The notes under the pieces are model-generated. The model ran no database searches, was not told where the DNA came from, and saw only the letters and a program-made list of their open reading frames with translations. A stretch of 56,363 nucleotides of DNA, filler included, from Sluysia triapertura (Eukaryota), in NCBI GenBank assembly GCA_046118255.1. It is 4 parts of 4 records of this genome, joined end to end, with 100 filler letters (N's around TTAATTAATTAA, not from the genome) between each part and the next. Parts side by side here need not be neighbours in the genome. Positions count along the whole stretch, not along the records: positions 1 to 12,798 come from JBJNIA010081371.1; 3 more parts are not named here. One strand, given 5' to 3'. Both the position numbers and the translations under genes were made by a program. Each line of letters starts with the position of its first letter. Position 1 is the stretch's first letter. Positions 1 through 12,898 of the stretch are shown here, in pieces.

Positions 1-1008
1 ATTTACAATTTTCATACATTTTTCCTAAATCATCATCTATAAAGACAATAAATCACCATGTATCTTAAGGAAAAAAATTCGGGGCTGAAAGGTTTATATT
101 TGTTACATTTTATAAGTAAAAATTATACCTTGTAAAGTTATAACATTATTATTGTTAATAAAATTGATGATTTTTCAATTGTTGTTTATCAGTTGAAACT
201 AAACTCAACTTTAAGTCGCATATAGGTAACAGGAGGCATATCATAAGACAATAAACTTAGCATCACGTCAAAACAGATAAATAAGGATGCCTTCACAGTT
301 TAAAAAATTGTTATCAATAAACAAAATAATAATTATTATTTCAATTATTTATTATTAAAATAATTAAGAACATTCAGATAATGGAATTAGTCCGGAAACT
401 ACTCCAAAAAATAATTGTTAAATATTTAATTAAATTCATGTGTTTTAAAATCGTATAGGGGTGCGCACGGTTAAGGTCGTAGACACATACTAGAGGTGGA
501 ATCTTTCAATTTTCAAGTTTCGGGGTTAAGTTTAAATAAATTTCCAAATAAAACCTTTTAACATAATGATAACGATAATAACAAAACCCTTTTATATGAT
601 GAAGCATCTGATAATATCATTTTAATGTCTTCATTGTATTCGAAAAGTTCACCAAATTCACATCCTCTTAGATGGAATTTACAATTACAATATAAGAACT
701 TATTCGCAATATTACTTTTTCACTGATATTTGCTTCAGATGTTAATATAAAATCAATCTAAACATTTACTTATTTAAATTTTACTTACTTAATTACTTAA
801 ATTTTAATTACATTGTAACTATTAGAATAATAATAAATTTAGTTTTAATCAAAGAAACTAAAGTATATATTTTTTGATTTTTATTATTTTTTTCATCTGT
901 TAAATTTTTGACTATTAAATATGTTCACTTTTTTTTGTTTTAAATTTTTATATTAATCATTTTTGTTGAAATCATATTTGTATAAATGAGCACAAAGTTT
1001 AAAATTAT

Positions 1009-1023
1009 ATGATGAATGTACCG
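1009..1023 (+). CDS. Deoxynucleoside kinase, putative exon 1 (MMNVP)
   Basis: ATG ATG AAT GTA CCG followed by a GTATGG donor at 1024. A 62-nt AT-rich intron ends in TAG at 1085, in phase 0 with exon 2. The ATG at 1086 could alternatively be the start. Confidence 0.55.
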
Positions 1024-1085
1024 GTATGGTTTTGGTTTTATTAATTAGATATTATTAATTATTAATTATTATCATTAATTAATAG

Positions 1086-1476
1086 ATGGCAGTTATTATA
1101 GAAGGTAATATAGGTGTTGGTAAATCTTCTTTATGTAGTAAATTGAAACAGAACAACTTCAATATAATTGAAGAACCAGTTTCTGATTGGATTAATTTAA
1201 ATGGATTTAATGGTTTATTAGAATCGAAACGAGTACCACTGGAAAATTATGCTATTTTTCAGTTATTTGTTCAAAGTTCATTATTGAAATTATATCATAA
1301 TTTATCTTATAATAATACCGATGTTAGAATTTATGAAAGATCGTTATATTCCAGTCAATTTATATTTGTTGAAGCTGGTAGAAAACTTAGTTTTTTAAAT
1401 GATTATCAATATGAAATTACTAAATATAATTTCGAGCTTAATAGTCGACTAACAGAACAAAATGTGGATTTAATAA
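1086..1476 (+). CDS. Deoxynucleoside kinase (dNK/TK2/dCK family), exon 2
   Basis: P-loop IEGNIGVGKS, EEPV..W, FQ and ERS motifs of the dNK family. GTTAGT donor at 1477 (phase 1), so the ORF-track stop at 1481 is intronic. Confidence 0.93.
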
Positions 1477-2051
1477 GTTAGTTTGATTAATTTCTGATAT
1501 GGGAAATATTGAGCGTGGAATAATTTTTTGATAAGTTTTAAATAATTATATAAGTTTTATAATGTATGACGTATTGTGATAAAATGAGAGAAATAAAATA
1601 ATAATGGAAAATAGAGCTGCAGATTAGACAAAGTCGTAAGGTTGGAATACAAAAGATATAATACTTGGTGAAACAGTTTTGCTGCTTGATTCAGTTTTAA
1701 TTGTGCTTTTTTCACTTTTCTATATGAAATTGAGTATAACAACCATTGTTAAAATCTTTTGCTAGTTATCAATGAATGAACAATATTTTTAGCTATTTCA
1801 TTATTAATAAATTTTAGAATATTTAGGTATATTTTTTAATTGATATTTACATTTAACAATAAATGATTTATTATTATGTAAATTAATATAATATTTTCAA
1901 AAAGTATTATTCAAAATTATGTGTAGTACTTTTGGTATATAGTTGTGTTTTAACTAAGTCTTATCTGGTTTAAGTCTAAATGAGGAGAAATTGTTAAAAC
2001 TAATCGCATTTCCATCTCTTACATCAGAGACAAGAATAACTTTGACCATTC

Positions 2052-2155
2052 TGTTGAGATTCAGGTCTAAAGTGCCAATTAGAATAATGATAGCTGAGGC
2101 AAGAGAGCCCGAGTTCGAAGTCTAACACTTTTAGATATTAAAGAAGGAGTCAAGG
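2052..2155 (+). repeat. Internally deleted copy of the tRNA-containing repeat
   Basis: TGTTGAGATTCAGGTCTAAAGTGCCAATTAG, TGATAGCT, CCCGAGTTCGA and GAAGTCTAACA..TTAGATATTA match blocks of the 15322 copy in the same order. Confidence 0.7.
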
Positions 2156-2703
2156 GATAATTTGACACACTGGCATGCGAAGCCAGTAATATCGGCCTTA
2201 TTTTCGATGCGCAGATACATGTGAATTTGAAATCAATATAGAAAATACTAAATCTAATAACTGAATTAATAATTTATAATTTTCAGTTATAAAAATAGTT
2301 TCAAATCTAAAATAAACGAAACAAATTAAATCATTATTATCATTATTATCCATTTTCATAAATTATTATTTTCTCAAATCAATAAGTATCTCGTGTGTGC
2401 TTTTTAACAATTTGTTTCTACTGTGTGTGTGTGTGTGTGGGTGATTTAATTACCACGATATTAATTTTCAAGTGTGTTTTCATTTTTCTGTGTGTATTGT
2501 TTATTCTATGGGTGCATGCATGATGACAATATGATTCGTTGTGATTCAATATGATTGGTCCATAGTTTGAGAAATAAATATGAATTATGATAGCAAAAAG
2601 TTAAAATTTACATTATCTCATTACTTTTATTATATAAATAATTTTACAAACGACATCATTGGTGGTTATGCATATTCTTGTAGGATGAAAACTTTGATTT
2701 GTA

Positions 2704-3170
2704 TAAAGGTGTACCAAATGTAACCGAGTCGCAAAGTTAAATAATAAATTAGATCTCAAAAACGACAAAATTAATATTTAGTATTTACAAATGTTCTAAA
2801 TGTCCATCTTGAACTTCAATACAAGCACAACACTGCGACATATTTTCTGGCAGTTTCTGAAATTTGATTCCATTCGTGCTGAATACTTTGTCTTAGTTGA
2901 TCAATTCTCCTTAGAAAAAAAATCAGGCGGTATCAGATCCGGGAATCTAGCAGGCTATTTGATTGGTCCTCAGTGTCCAATCCAATTGTTTCATCAAGCC
3001 ATTATCGTGCATCTTTGGTTTAGTGCGCGTATGCTCCATCTTGTTGAAAATGAAGATCACAGAAATAGGAAAACTCATTAACAATAGGAAACACTTTAGT
3101 GTTCATCATATCAAGGTAACGTTCACCATTAACAGTTCCTCCAAATTCGGAATCAAGATTTGAATATTGC
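2704..3170 (-). mobile_element. Tc1/mariner DD41D (rosa/Visitor)-type transposon remnant, copy 1
   Basis: Minus strand reads GTVNGERYLDMM..LHFQQDGAYAH*..WLDET..WIGH*GPIK*PARFPDLIPPDFF..FEHL*, with stops and deletions. A TIR follows TA at 2702-2703 and matches the reverse complement of 7745-7810. Confidence 0.88.
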
Positions 3171-3768
3171 CGACTCATTCGGTACAGGTGCTTAAGATAA
3201 TTTTACTCGAATATTATGATAACATGTTCACCGACACAAAAAATGTTGGGTTCCTGATGTGACATTGATTTTTTGATTGATCAATATCGGTTTTTAGGAA
3301 TGTTAATTATAATAATATTTTTAGTATTTGAAAATAATTATTTTTATTAATTAGCATGAGGCTATATTTATATCTATATGTAGCTATCTTGTCACAGCAT
3401 CAATAACGAGAAGCACCGCTATAGCCATCGCTGTCTCTGAACGTGTAAAAATTTCATTTCACATTATCTCTACATAATCCTAGTTTACTATACTTTTATT
3501 TATTTGATTAACTGCAATAGTAGGGTTTAATGTTTATAAATTTTGATTTCATCTCAATTTAAAATGATTATTATTTATTACTATATTTTCATTTTATATT
3601 ACGTCTATGTAATCTCAATTTTTTAAAATTAAAATAATGATTATAAGCATTATACTTTTTACAATAATAATAATAATAGTAATAATAATATGAAAATACG
3701 ATTTTCTTTCTATCTGAAAAGTATTATAATAAGCACTTTTGAGTACTTATTTTTTGTATATATGTATA

Positions 3769-3814
<46 letters not shown>

Positions 3815-6800
3815 ACATCTCAAAATTCTGATAGTCACAGTGCTGGTTGAAGTAGAACGACGGTTTAAGCTTAGCAGTATTACCGATAATTGGAGCGATA
3901 AGAACTAATTTTACTTAGGTAGATTTTAAATGTATTTCTGAAATCAAGTTTATTATCAATCTTTATATCGAAGCAAATTAAGTATTGAAATTTATTCATA
4001 TCGTTATTATTATTCTATTTATATCTTGCAGTAACATTTCGATTAGAGTTAAAAAAATTTATTAATTTTAAAATAATTCAAAACGAAAATTTTCTTGTAT
4101 TTTTTAATTAATATATCGACTATTCGATTATCAATTTTAAAATTATCATTAATGAAGATTCTTATAAATATTGAACTAATATTTGGTAAATAAACAACTT
4201 GGTAAATATTGCAAACTATTGATAATATCAAAACAAATTAAATAAAAACATATAAAGTCAGTAAACACAACATGGAACTTTTTATATATATAAATATTAT
4301 AATTAACAGGGCATATTAATCTCAAGCTGACAATGAATTTTTTATGAACTCTAGATACAAATCTATATGATGATATTTAAGAAACATACTATTTAAGACA
4401 ATAGTATGACTTACTGAAATAAACTAAATGATTAAATGGTGCTAGCATATCGGCACCAAATTCATTGACAAATTGGTATGTTCATTTTTTATACGAAATG
4501 ATAATTATGTACTTTGAAATCACAATTAGTCAAAAATATTTCGCTCTTGGAAAAATATTGATAACAAAAACTCATACGGAAGTTGTTTGTTTGCACATCA
4601 TCTAAAATTTTACGAAAAATCACAATTGTTCTAATTTTCTTCTGAGTAAACCTTGCTAAAATTTTACAATGACAATAAATTGTATTTAATTATTGGCATC
4701 ATCTAAAATTTGAAGATAGATTTTTGGGAATATATTTATCTATATAAGTAAATCGATGATGAATTTTATGTACTTCGGATATACTTTTTATATAGAAAAT
4801 ATTTATGTTCGAGTTTTGTAGTTTGCCAGAAATCACTCGGGCTCTCTTTGAAATTGACTTTACAACATTTAAATTTTTGTCCAAGCAGAGAAAAAATCGA
4901 TTATAAACTGGAAGGTTTATATGACGTTAAATAAAAATTTTTCTACACGAATTTACGATATATACAAGAGGTAAAAATTGAAAGATCAATTTGTTGAGCT
5001 ACTAATTTTTGACTAACTACTAATTTGAGTAGTGTCTTTATATTGATATAAATGGAAACATTATACCTTGCCGTATTATTATTAATATATTATTGCTATT
5101 ATCATTATTAAATTATTGTTCAATTGCGACCACTTTCCATTAATTCATCTCAAATTGCATGTCATGTTTTAAACACTATCTTCGACAGAAACTTCATCTA
5201 TATCTTCGGCCTGAATGATTTATCTTGATATCGAATATAGTGATTCAAAAAGGTTAAATTTTCTTACATCATGTTCAACTAAAAAAACGATTGCATGAAT
5301 CATCTCAAGTCTTTCATTATTTAATAATTCTGCTCTTCTGATGTGATTTTACAGCTTTACTAACTGCAATATATGTTACTACGTATTTTAATTTACGGTA
5401 AGCTTTCTCTATTTTTGGTGCAAAATTCCACCTCATTTATCTATGACTTTGGCGTGGTAAATGTTTTCAAATTCCTGTAGACATGTTCTCAAGGTCGAAA
5501 TAAAATCTTTCACATCTTGCAATTATTTTGCGACATAAGATAGTGCACAACTTCTCTCAAAGTGCGACTTTTTGTACAAGATATGAAGAGGAACAAAGAA
5601 AGTAACTAAGATAGAAGGTTAGGGAGAAATAGGAATGTTATTATAGAAATTTTATTATAATTTTTATTTATTTTTTAATGTTTATATAAATTGTGATATA
5701 TTATATAATTGTGGAAGTATTTATTGTTTGTGTGATAGATAAACTTTTAAGATGAACCACCACATCGTATTTACTTTGAATGACGATTAGATTGTCTTAA
5801 AGGAATACCCGTACGTGAAATAATATTCTTTTGCTTGATATCGACTGAGCTGCTTCATACTGAGGTTAAGTTAGATTAAATTAAAAGCAATATCAATACT
5901 TAAACTTATCTACCATTATCTTCACTTTAATCTGTTAAAAAATATATATATTTGCTCAGTAATGAACTGACTATTCAGAATAATATGTATCAGTTATTTT
6001 ACAAATTATTTTAGAAATCCAATAAAAATTGTATTCAGCGATGCTATATTAATGTTTTTAATATTTTCAGAAAATATTCATATTGCCTTTGTAGAACTTT
6101 TGACAGTTCTCATAACGGTTTTATTGGTATAATGCGGGATACATATTAAAATTCAAAAGAGTGCACATTTTCTAAAAATTTTCAATTTTTGATAATTTTA
6201 TTACACATTTCATCGATGGTCATAGAAGCATTAATTAGGAAAATTTTTATTCCAGAATAAACACCATCATTTTTCAGATATTACGTTGCGGTAAAATAAT
6301 TTGATTTATGCATAATTTTTTGTTTTAATTTTTGAAATTTTTAATTATTTTTTATTTCATTTTAATAAAAATTTAGGTTTTAATTTTAGTTTTGTACATT
6401 TTGAAATTTTAGAATGTTTATTTTAAGATTGTTGAGATGTTAATAAGAATATTTAAATTTTATAAGAATATTGAAAGCAATTATGAATTTAAAATGGTAA
6501 AAGTAAAGTAATAATATTGGTTCTAGATCAATTTTTACAGGTAATTTATTATTTTTTTACAGTTTTAAGACCAAAATCAAGTAAGATGTAAAACTTTACA
6601 TTTTTATATCAAGATTATAATTTAACTTAAAGTAAATTTTAGTAAATCCCAATTTGCTCACAAATAAAGTTTTTACATTTCAGATAGATCACTAGTGAAA
6701 CTGTAGCTGTAATATGTAGAAAATCAAGGCCGATGTAAATTTACTATAACATATTAAATAAGAAATAAATAAGATGAAAATATAGCTAGAACTATGTTAT

Positions 6801-6881
6801 ATAAGTTTTAGTCATATAGAGATAACGTTAACTAATAATTATAAAATTGTAAACTAGTTTTTATATAATTATTTTATTTAG

Positions 6882-6961
6882 TTTATTTGAAGGCTCCCGA
6901 AGATGTTTGTCTAAATCGTATCAAAAATAGAAACCGACCAGGCGAAGAATCTTTGACATTA
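6882..6961 (+). CDS. Deoxynucleoside kinase, exon 3 (LID region)
   Basis: TTTAG acceptor and GTAAGT donor. The phase-1 join gives DLI-IYLKAPEDVCLNRIKNRNRPGEESLTL, the dNK YL.A.PE.C..RI..R.R.EE motif. No later exon was found in the window. Confidence 0.9.
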
Positions 6962-7169
6962 GTAAGTCATTTTAAATTCGAATGATGCATTTAATATTGA
7001 ATATAACATAAGTTACAGTTACAGGTGTAAGTGGATTTTAATTGAATCGTGGAAAAAAAACTTTCCGAAGAACACAAGTTTGTGGTATTTTTAGGATCAT
7101 AAAATTATTTAGTTTTCAAATAAAAGGAGAAACTAAAAATATCACAAAGAGAGATACAAGAAATAGATT

Positions 7170-7810
7170 AAAAATTAGATACCAAAAACGACAAATTTAG
7201 GTATATTTAGTATTTACAAATGTTCAAAATATCCACTTTGAACTTTAATACAAGCACGACACCTTTCGACAACTCTTCGACATACTTTTTGGCAAGTTCC
7301 TTTCGTGCTGAATGTTTTGTTTCAGTTGATCAATTATTCTAGGCTTTTTAGCATAAATTGCATCCTTTAGAATTCCCATAGAAACAAATCAGGCGGCATC
7401 AGATCTGGGTTCCTCGGTGTCTAATCCAACATCTTTGGTGTAGTGTGCAGGTTCTCCATGTTGAAAATGAAGATCACAGAAATGGGGGAACTCATTAACA
7501 ATAGGAAACAGTTTATTCAGCATGTCAAGGTAACGTTCACCATTACTGCCGATTCCAGCCCAGACTGTGACTATAGGAACAGTGACTTCATTTCAATAAT
7601 ACGATCGGGATTCTCACTGTCTGTTAGCATGCTCATCCAGTTTGAAGTAACGTGCAATCCTGGTGATTCTTCACGAATTCTAATCGTTTATCCGGATCAC
7701 GTAGGGCATGAAGAAGATGAGGAAATGACAAAAGAAGAAATTACATTTTGTCGTTTTTGATATCTAATTTTTATTTAAGTTTGGCGTTAGGTAACTTTTG
7801 GTTAGCCTCT
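7170..7810 (-). mobile_element. Tc1/mariner DD41D-type deletion derivative, copy 2, with both TIRs
   Basis: AAAAATTAGATACCAAAAACGACAAA at 7170 is inverted relative to TTTTGTCGTTTTTGATATCTAATTTTT at about 7746. Minus-strand peptides: SENPDRIIE, VTVWAGI, NGERYLDML, PDLMPPDLFLW, LKDAIYAKKP, RCRACIKVQSGYFEHL*. Highly similar to 2750-3130. Confidence 0.88.
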
Positions 7811-8154
7811 ATAATATCTGTCAAGGATATGAAATGTGTAATAAATTTCGAAGTTAGGTTTTTCAGAAAGAAAATTTAATTTTTCAGTTTAGTTTTTAGT
7901 TATTTCGTATTTGCATCTTGATAAGTTATAGTATTATTTCTATTTAGATGTTTTCTTCTGGAAATAATACTTAAGAATTTCTAAAATTTTAAATTATCAA
8001 TGCTATTAGCAAAATTTCATTGCAATTCATTTATGCATTTTATTTATCTTGCTTATTTTAGCTTTCCTATTGAATTTTCAATGTAAAAGTTTTTTCTTTT
8101 TTTGATAACTAAGATTAACATTTGGTGTAGAGCATTATAATTTCAATAAATTAT

Positions 8155-8960
8155 AAACAGGTTGCGCACATTCTGTGGTTTGCCCCAAGCGCCAACATGA
8201 ATTTTGTATAATGTGATGCATATTATGTTAAATTATTACTTACAGAAGATATGGTGAGTTACATAATAATGCTTGAAGCATTTTCAGGGTGATCCATGAG
8301 CCTATTTTTGCGATTCTCAGTTATGTCAATCTGCTGGGCTTCAGTTATTACACAGTTATTCTGATTATTCATTCAAGTAAGTGTGCTTGTTATGCTTTCC
8401 ACTTTACACACATTTTTGATATTCAATTTTTTTAATAAGCCTTTGAAAACATGGCTTCAAATGAAGGTTACTTCATACGACGATGTGTACATCTGAGAAA
8501 AGTTCATAGAGTAGTCATCTAACACAACTCTGCAATATGCACCGATAATATTCATATCTGTTAATGAAATTATTCTTCACAGCGGTCAACCTGTTAAAAT
8601 TAAAATAAAATATTTTGTGTGCGTATATTTAAAAGTAATAGTTGATGAGAATGATGGAAATGAAACGTTAAGCTGAGTGGATATTATTGAATTTGAATGT
8701 GCTTTAACTACGTTTGTTAAAAATTTCTAATAGCAATGCGTTTCTTTTCGATAGTATATACATTTAACTTCTCATAATTAGAAGATGTAGCATTTTTTTA
8801 ATACTAAATTGACTTCGCAAAAAATCTTTCTTAGGAAATGTTTTTTATAAATTAAATCACATTTGATCTTAGACTTAAGAAATGCTCATTGCTTTTAAGT
8901 TATTACTTATAGGTTCGCTACCATCGTCGTTCTATATGCGACATCGCAAATGTGTGGCGT
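8155..8960 (-). mobile_element. Heavily degraded Kolobok-like (Mutator-like DDE) transposase remnant
   Basis: Collinear fragments across frameshifts: DVAYRTTMV, FNKRS*, MNFSQM..TSSYEV, KP..RLIKKIE, KNRL.D..LKML/HYY.LTI, GKPQNV. These echo the WxKRS, GDGDSS, KxEC, RLTxxxIxxLxxYY and GxTQNxNE motifs in the expected order. Every motif is damaged. Confidence 0.5.
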
Positions 8961-9937
8961 GTCTACTTATCAGTTTTCGATAAGGTGTTGCACTATGTTT
9001 TAAGGTCATTTCATAAGAAAAAATTCCATGGGTTCCCGTATCGTTGCAGTTTGGATTTTAGGATCAGATTTATTTAAACCTGGAACCTGAATGGTAAGGG
9101 GAGAGTATTTCAACTCACATCACGAATTTAGATCCCATAAAATAGTTAATATTGTTTTATAATTACACTTTCTAGATATATGCGCATAATCTTAATTAAA
9201 ATATTAAATAGGGATAAGATCTGCCTTAAAAAGTCAAATGCACTATCAGTAAAATGATAAGAATTACACTCAAGAAACTAGTATTCTCATAGAATCTGAA
9301 CAGAATTTAGAACAGTTACTTAGAACGCTCGGTAATACTACATTAAGTTTTGACATCGAGTTTCAAGACTTGAATACTTTTGTATCGGGGAAAAAATTTT
9401 TCTTTAAGACGGGGATTAATTATTGGATTCAAAATTTCGATAGTTTATGTCAAAAGTTGATCCTTCAGTGATTAAAAACTTAATAATAAATATCTTACGA
9501 TTTCATGGAACAGATAAAACTGATTAAATTATGTCCTTTGATGGAATAAAGATCACAGACCAAAATAACAATATTAACGTCAACCAGATTTGATAGTATT
9601 TAATTAAGTTTGACGATATATTTGAATCATTCAAAACAAAACGATGTTATGATTAGGAAATAAAATTACCAATAATGATTAATTACCAATAATGCTGCTT
9701 TAATTATTTTTAATGTGATAATTTGAGCATAAACTTTATTTTCTAAATCTTTTAACTAGTATAGTTTTTAATTATATTAAAATTAAAACCAGTTTATTTA
9801 TTTATTATATTTGAAATGTTTACTAATTATTCTAAAATTATTCAAAAATAACACCTGTTTAATTTAGAAACTATTTACAAAAACATATTCAAAAATACCA
9901 AATGTGCAAGTGTTTTTCTTACACTTTCGCAAAATAC

Positions 9938-10317
9938 CTAGAGGTCTGTTCGCCTAATAAGTACAGCTTCAATCTAAGATGAAGACGTCATATTAGGATT
10001 TTAAAAATCAATTCCGTAATATTTTTAAACTTACAAGTGGTAACGTGGTAGTCTAGAAAATCAATTAGATGACAAATATTTATGTTCTGTAATTTAATCA
10101 ATTAAAATCTATGTTAAGTTAGTTTTTTATGGTCTAACAAATAACAAAATATTTTAAACTAATTAAACATCTATTAATAAGACAATGTATAAAACTACAC
10201 AAATGTATGAAATAATAATAAAACAATTATAATAATGATTTAAAACTCTTAAGATCTATTAACCTTAGCGTTAAAATTGAAATTTAAATATAAATTAATC
10301 TAGCCTGTAAGGTCTAG
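9938..10317 (+). repeat. Terminus-like module (AGGTCTGTTCGCCTA...TAGGATTTTAAA) plus subterminal palindromes
   Basis: GTTCGCCTA at 9948, TAGGATTTTAAA at 9994, palindrome CTAGCCTGTAAGGTCTAG at 10300-10317. The same layout occurs at 16579 and 20703. Confidence 0.7.
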
Positions 10318-11765
10318 GATGAGGTTAAGGATTTTGAATCTAGATTTTAGAGTCATACTATGTTACAGTTACGAATTTTAAACTTGAATGCATAATCTTA
10401 CTTTGACACGGAAATCTTTGGAGAATATTCATGGTATGTTGTATCAGGTTGCGTTTTATTATTTTTGAAAAATCCAGATGAATTCGCTATTTGTTTATAA
10501 TATTCCTCCGTATCTGTTTACAAATAATTTATTTTTCTTAATGCCATGAATGAACAAATGAAATATTAACAAATGAATTCTCACTATTTATGATATAATT
10601 TATTATTTTTTCCTCTTCAGATTTATTATTTTTTATAATATAAACAATATTTAAAAATAAAATAAACAATTAATTTTAATCATAAAATATATAAATTATT
10701 ATAATACGTTCAATATTACGCAATTTAAATAATAAAATAAAATGTTCAATGATGCATAAATTAAGCTCCAATTGTAAATTATTAAATAAAACATAAATTG
10801 TAAATGGTTAACTTCTTAAACTCCAACAAATGTATAACAAATAACATGTATAAAATATTAAATGCATGAAGAACTTTTTGATGGTCTCTGGTTAAAAGTT
10901 TTGCTTATTGAGTCTCATTTGGTTTTTAAAATTTATGTATTACATTGGTTTTCTTAATTATTACGACATAAAATTGAGCTGGTCGGTTAAAGTAAACGAT
11001 TTATGACGCAGAATAACTAAAATTGATAATAATTATTAAAATCACTTTAAATCTTTTAAATCTTTATACATATTACGTGTAAATTCGAAGTTCTTTAATT
11101 CTTTATTTTAACGAATTACTAAGTAAATTTAATGCAACAATTTTAAAAATTTTCTAAGGTACAAACTCTTATACATCAAAAAGAATAAAACAAAAGTAAT
11201 AATAGTGAAAATAAAACCTTGATAAAGTTTTATTTCTTAATAATTAAAGATTTTAAAAATTAGTTTAGCCCTCATTAAATCGGGGATCAAAATAATAGAA
11301 AATCAACTTTAAGTTTATTTAAGTTGAAATTATCTAAATATAAAGAATGTACCCAAATCATGGAAAAATATATTAAAAATTGAATTGAAATAGATTGCTA
11401 CGCTAATAACCACCAATAGAATGTAACTCCTTGATCGGGAAAAATGCTTTCTCCATAGGACGATTAATAAATTCTTTAACAAAGATGTTTACCAATTGTG
11501 TATAATCAGTTAATGATTATGTATTTTGATTATGATTATACATATTGTGAAAACTGTTTCAGCAGCCAATCAAAAACAAATATATCATTCTATAAAATTC
11601 TTTTTCGGAAAATAACGACGATTTTAAGTGCTTGTGAAGGTTGTGAAAATCTGCATCACTTCTCGCATTAAAGAAATTGTCCACAAATTTTAATAAATTT
11701 AAAGACAATAAGTAATAAAAAGAAAGTATATGTATAATCAAGATTTTATTATTCGAATCATTAAA

Positions 11766-12220
11766 TTAATGTTGAGTCAGAGTCAAATAATTCGAGTTCA
11801 ATTTTGTCAGTGGGTCCGAAGGACTCTGCATTGGTATCATCCCGATCCACTTAAGGGGAAGGAAATTCGGGAATTTTAAGGGAAAAGTATATTGATGTCG
11901 TAGAAGGGGCGAAAAGAATATATGGACTGACGGAATTGATGTGGTTGGAGAGCTTTTCATTGGTTGTAGGTCAAGACGAAAAACTGGAACAAGTAGGAGA
12001 ATAAGAGATGTGGGTCTAGGCAGATTCTATGAAAGGAAGATTGGGTCTTTGTCGTAAATGGTCGAACAAAAGCCCAGTTTAAACAAATTAAGTACAATTT
12101 ATTGTAATTTTACAAAACTTGCACCTGAGCCAGGCAGAAACAATTTCATAAGTTTCAGTTTTGTAGAAATGTCTACTAATATCAATATTTTGCAGTTGCC
12201 GCTTTGTTTCCGTGGCAACT
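11766..12220 (-). pseudogene. Decayed ORF with BED-type zinc-finger-like motif
   Basis: One frame with several stops: RHFYKTETYEIVSAWLRCKFCKITINCT*FV*TGLLFDHLRQRP, followed by a Ser/Pro/acidic tail. Fits HF..CxxC..T..L..HL; the last His is absent. Confidence 0.55.
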
Positions 12221-12798
12221 TAATCATAAAATAGATGATTTTGTAGCACAAAAAAGTCAAAGTATCACTCATTCTCAAGCTCTCACGAATCTAAATACTA
12301 CAGCGGTCAAAGGTTGCTTAACTACAGGACAAGAAAACAATGTATCTTAAACAAAAGTGTATATACAAAGTATAGATACATGTATATCCACAAAAGTGGG
12401 AGTTTAAAAACTCTAGGTAAGAATATAATAAAGAATGTTTTTTGGGTCACTATATGTCAATTTGTTATGAAACCTAATCAGCATAAAAGAATTATCAATT
12501 TGAGTTTCAGAAACATCTATTTCATTTACATCAACTTTGGTTTACTCAATTACATGCACCACGAATGAGTTACAAACATCAAAAGTCAAACGCGAGAGAT
12601 TCTGAACCATCGGTTTATTAACTAGACAAAGCGAATTTTAGAATAATCAACTGTTTCGGTTGCATTAAGAAAACAAATGTATACGAATTACGATATTATA
12701 GCATTTCGCATAAGTTGTATTCAATATCTTCATTATTTAACTTCTAAAAGCACCACAATTAATTGCTAGATCTACTATTCTATTCCAGAATGACTGAC

Positions 12799-12898
12799 NN
12801 NNNNNNNNNNNNNNNNNNNNNNNNNNNNNNNNNNNNNNNNNNTTAATTAATTAANNNNNNNNNNNNNNNNNNNNNNNNNNNNNNNNNNNNNNNNNNNN
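12799..12898. other. Assembly gap with TTAATTAATTAA linker
   Basis: 100-nt block of Ns with a central six-frame-stop 12-mer at 12843-12854, identical in three gaps. Confidence 0.97.

Noticed and set aside
640-725. Minus-strand CKFHLRGCEF resembling a SIAH/TRAF zinc-finger start
   Set aside because: The remaining His/Cys ligands are missing and the match is too short.
2800-7760. Plus-strand ORFs 2800-3081, 2963-3163 and 7443-7760
   Set aside because: Antisense shadows of the minus-strand DD41D transposase remnants.
12843-12854. TTAATTAATTAA inside N runs (also 26506 and 37615)
   Set aside because: Identical six-frame-stop linker centred in 100-nt gaps; an assembly artefact.
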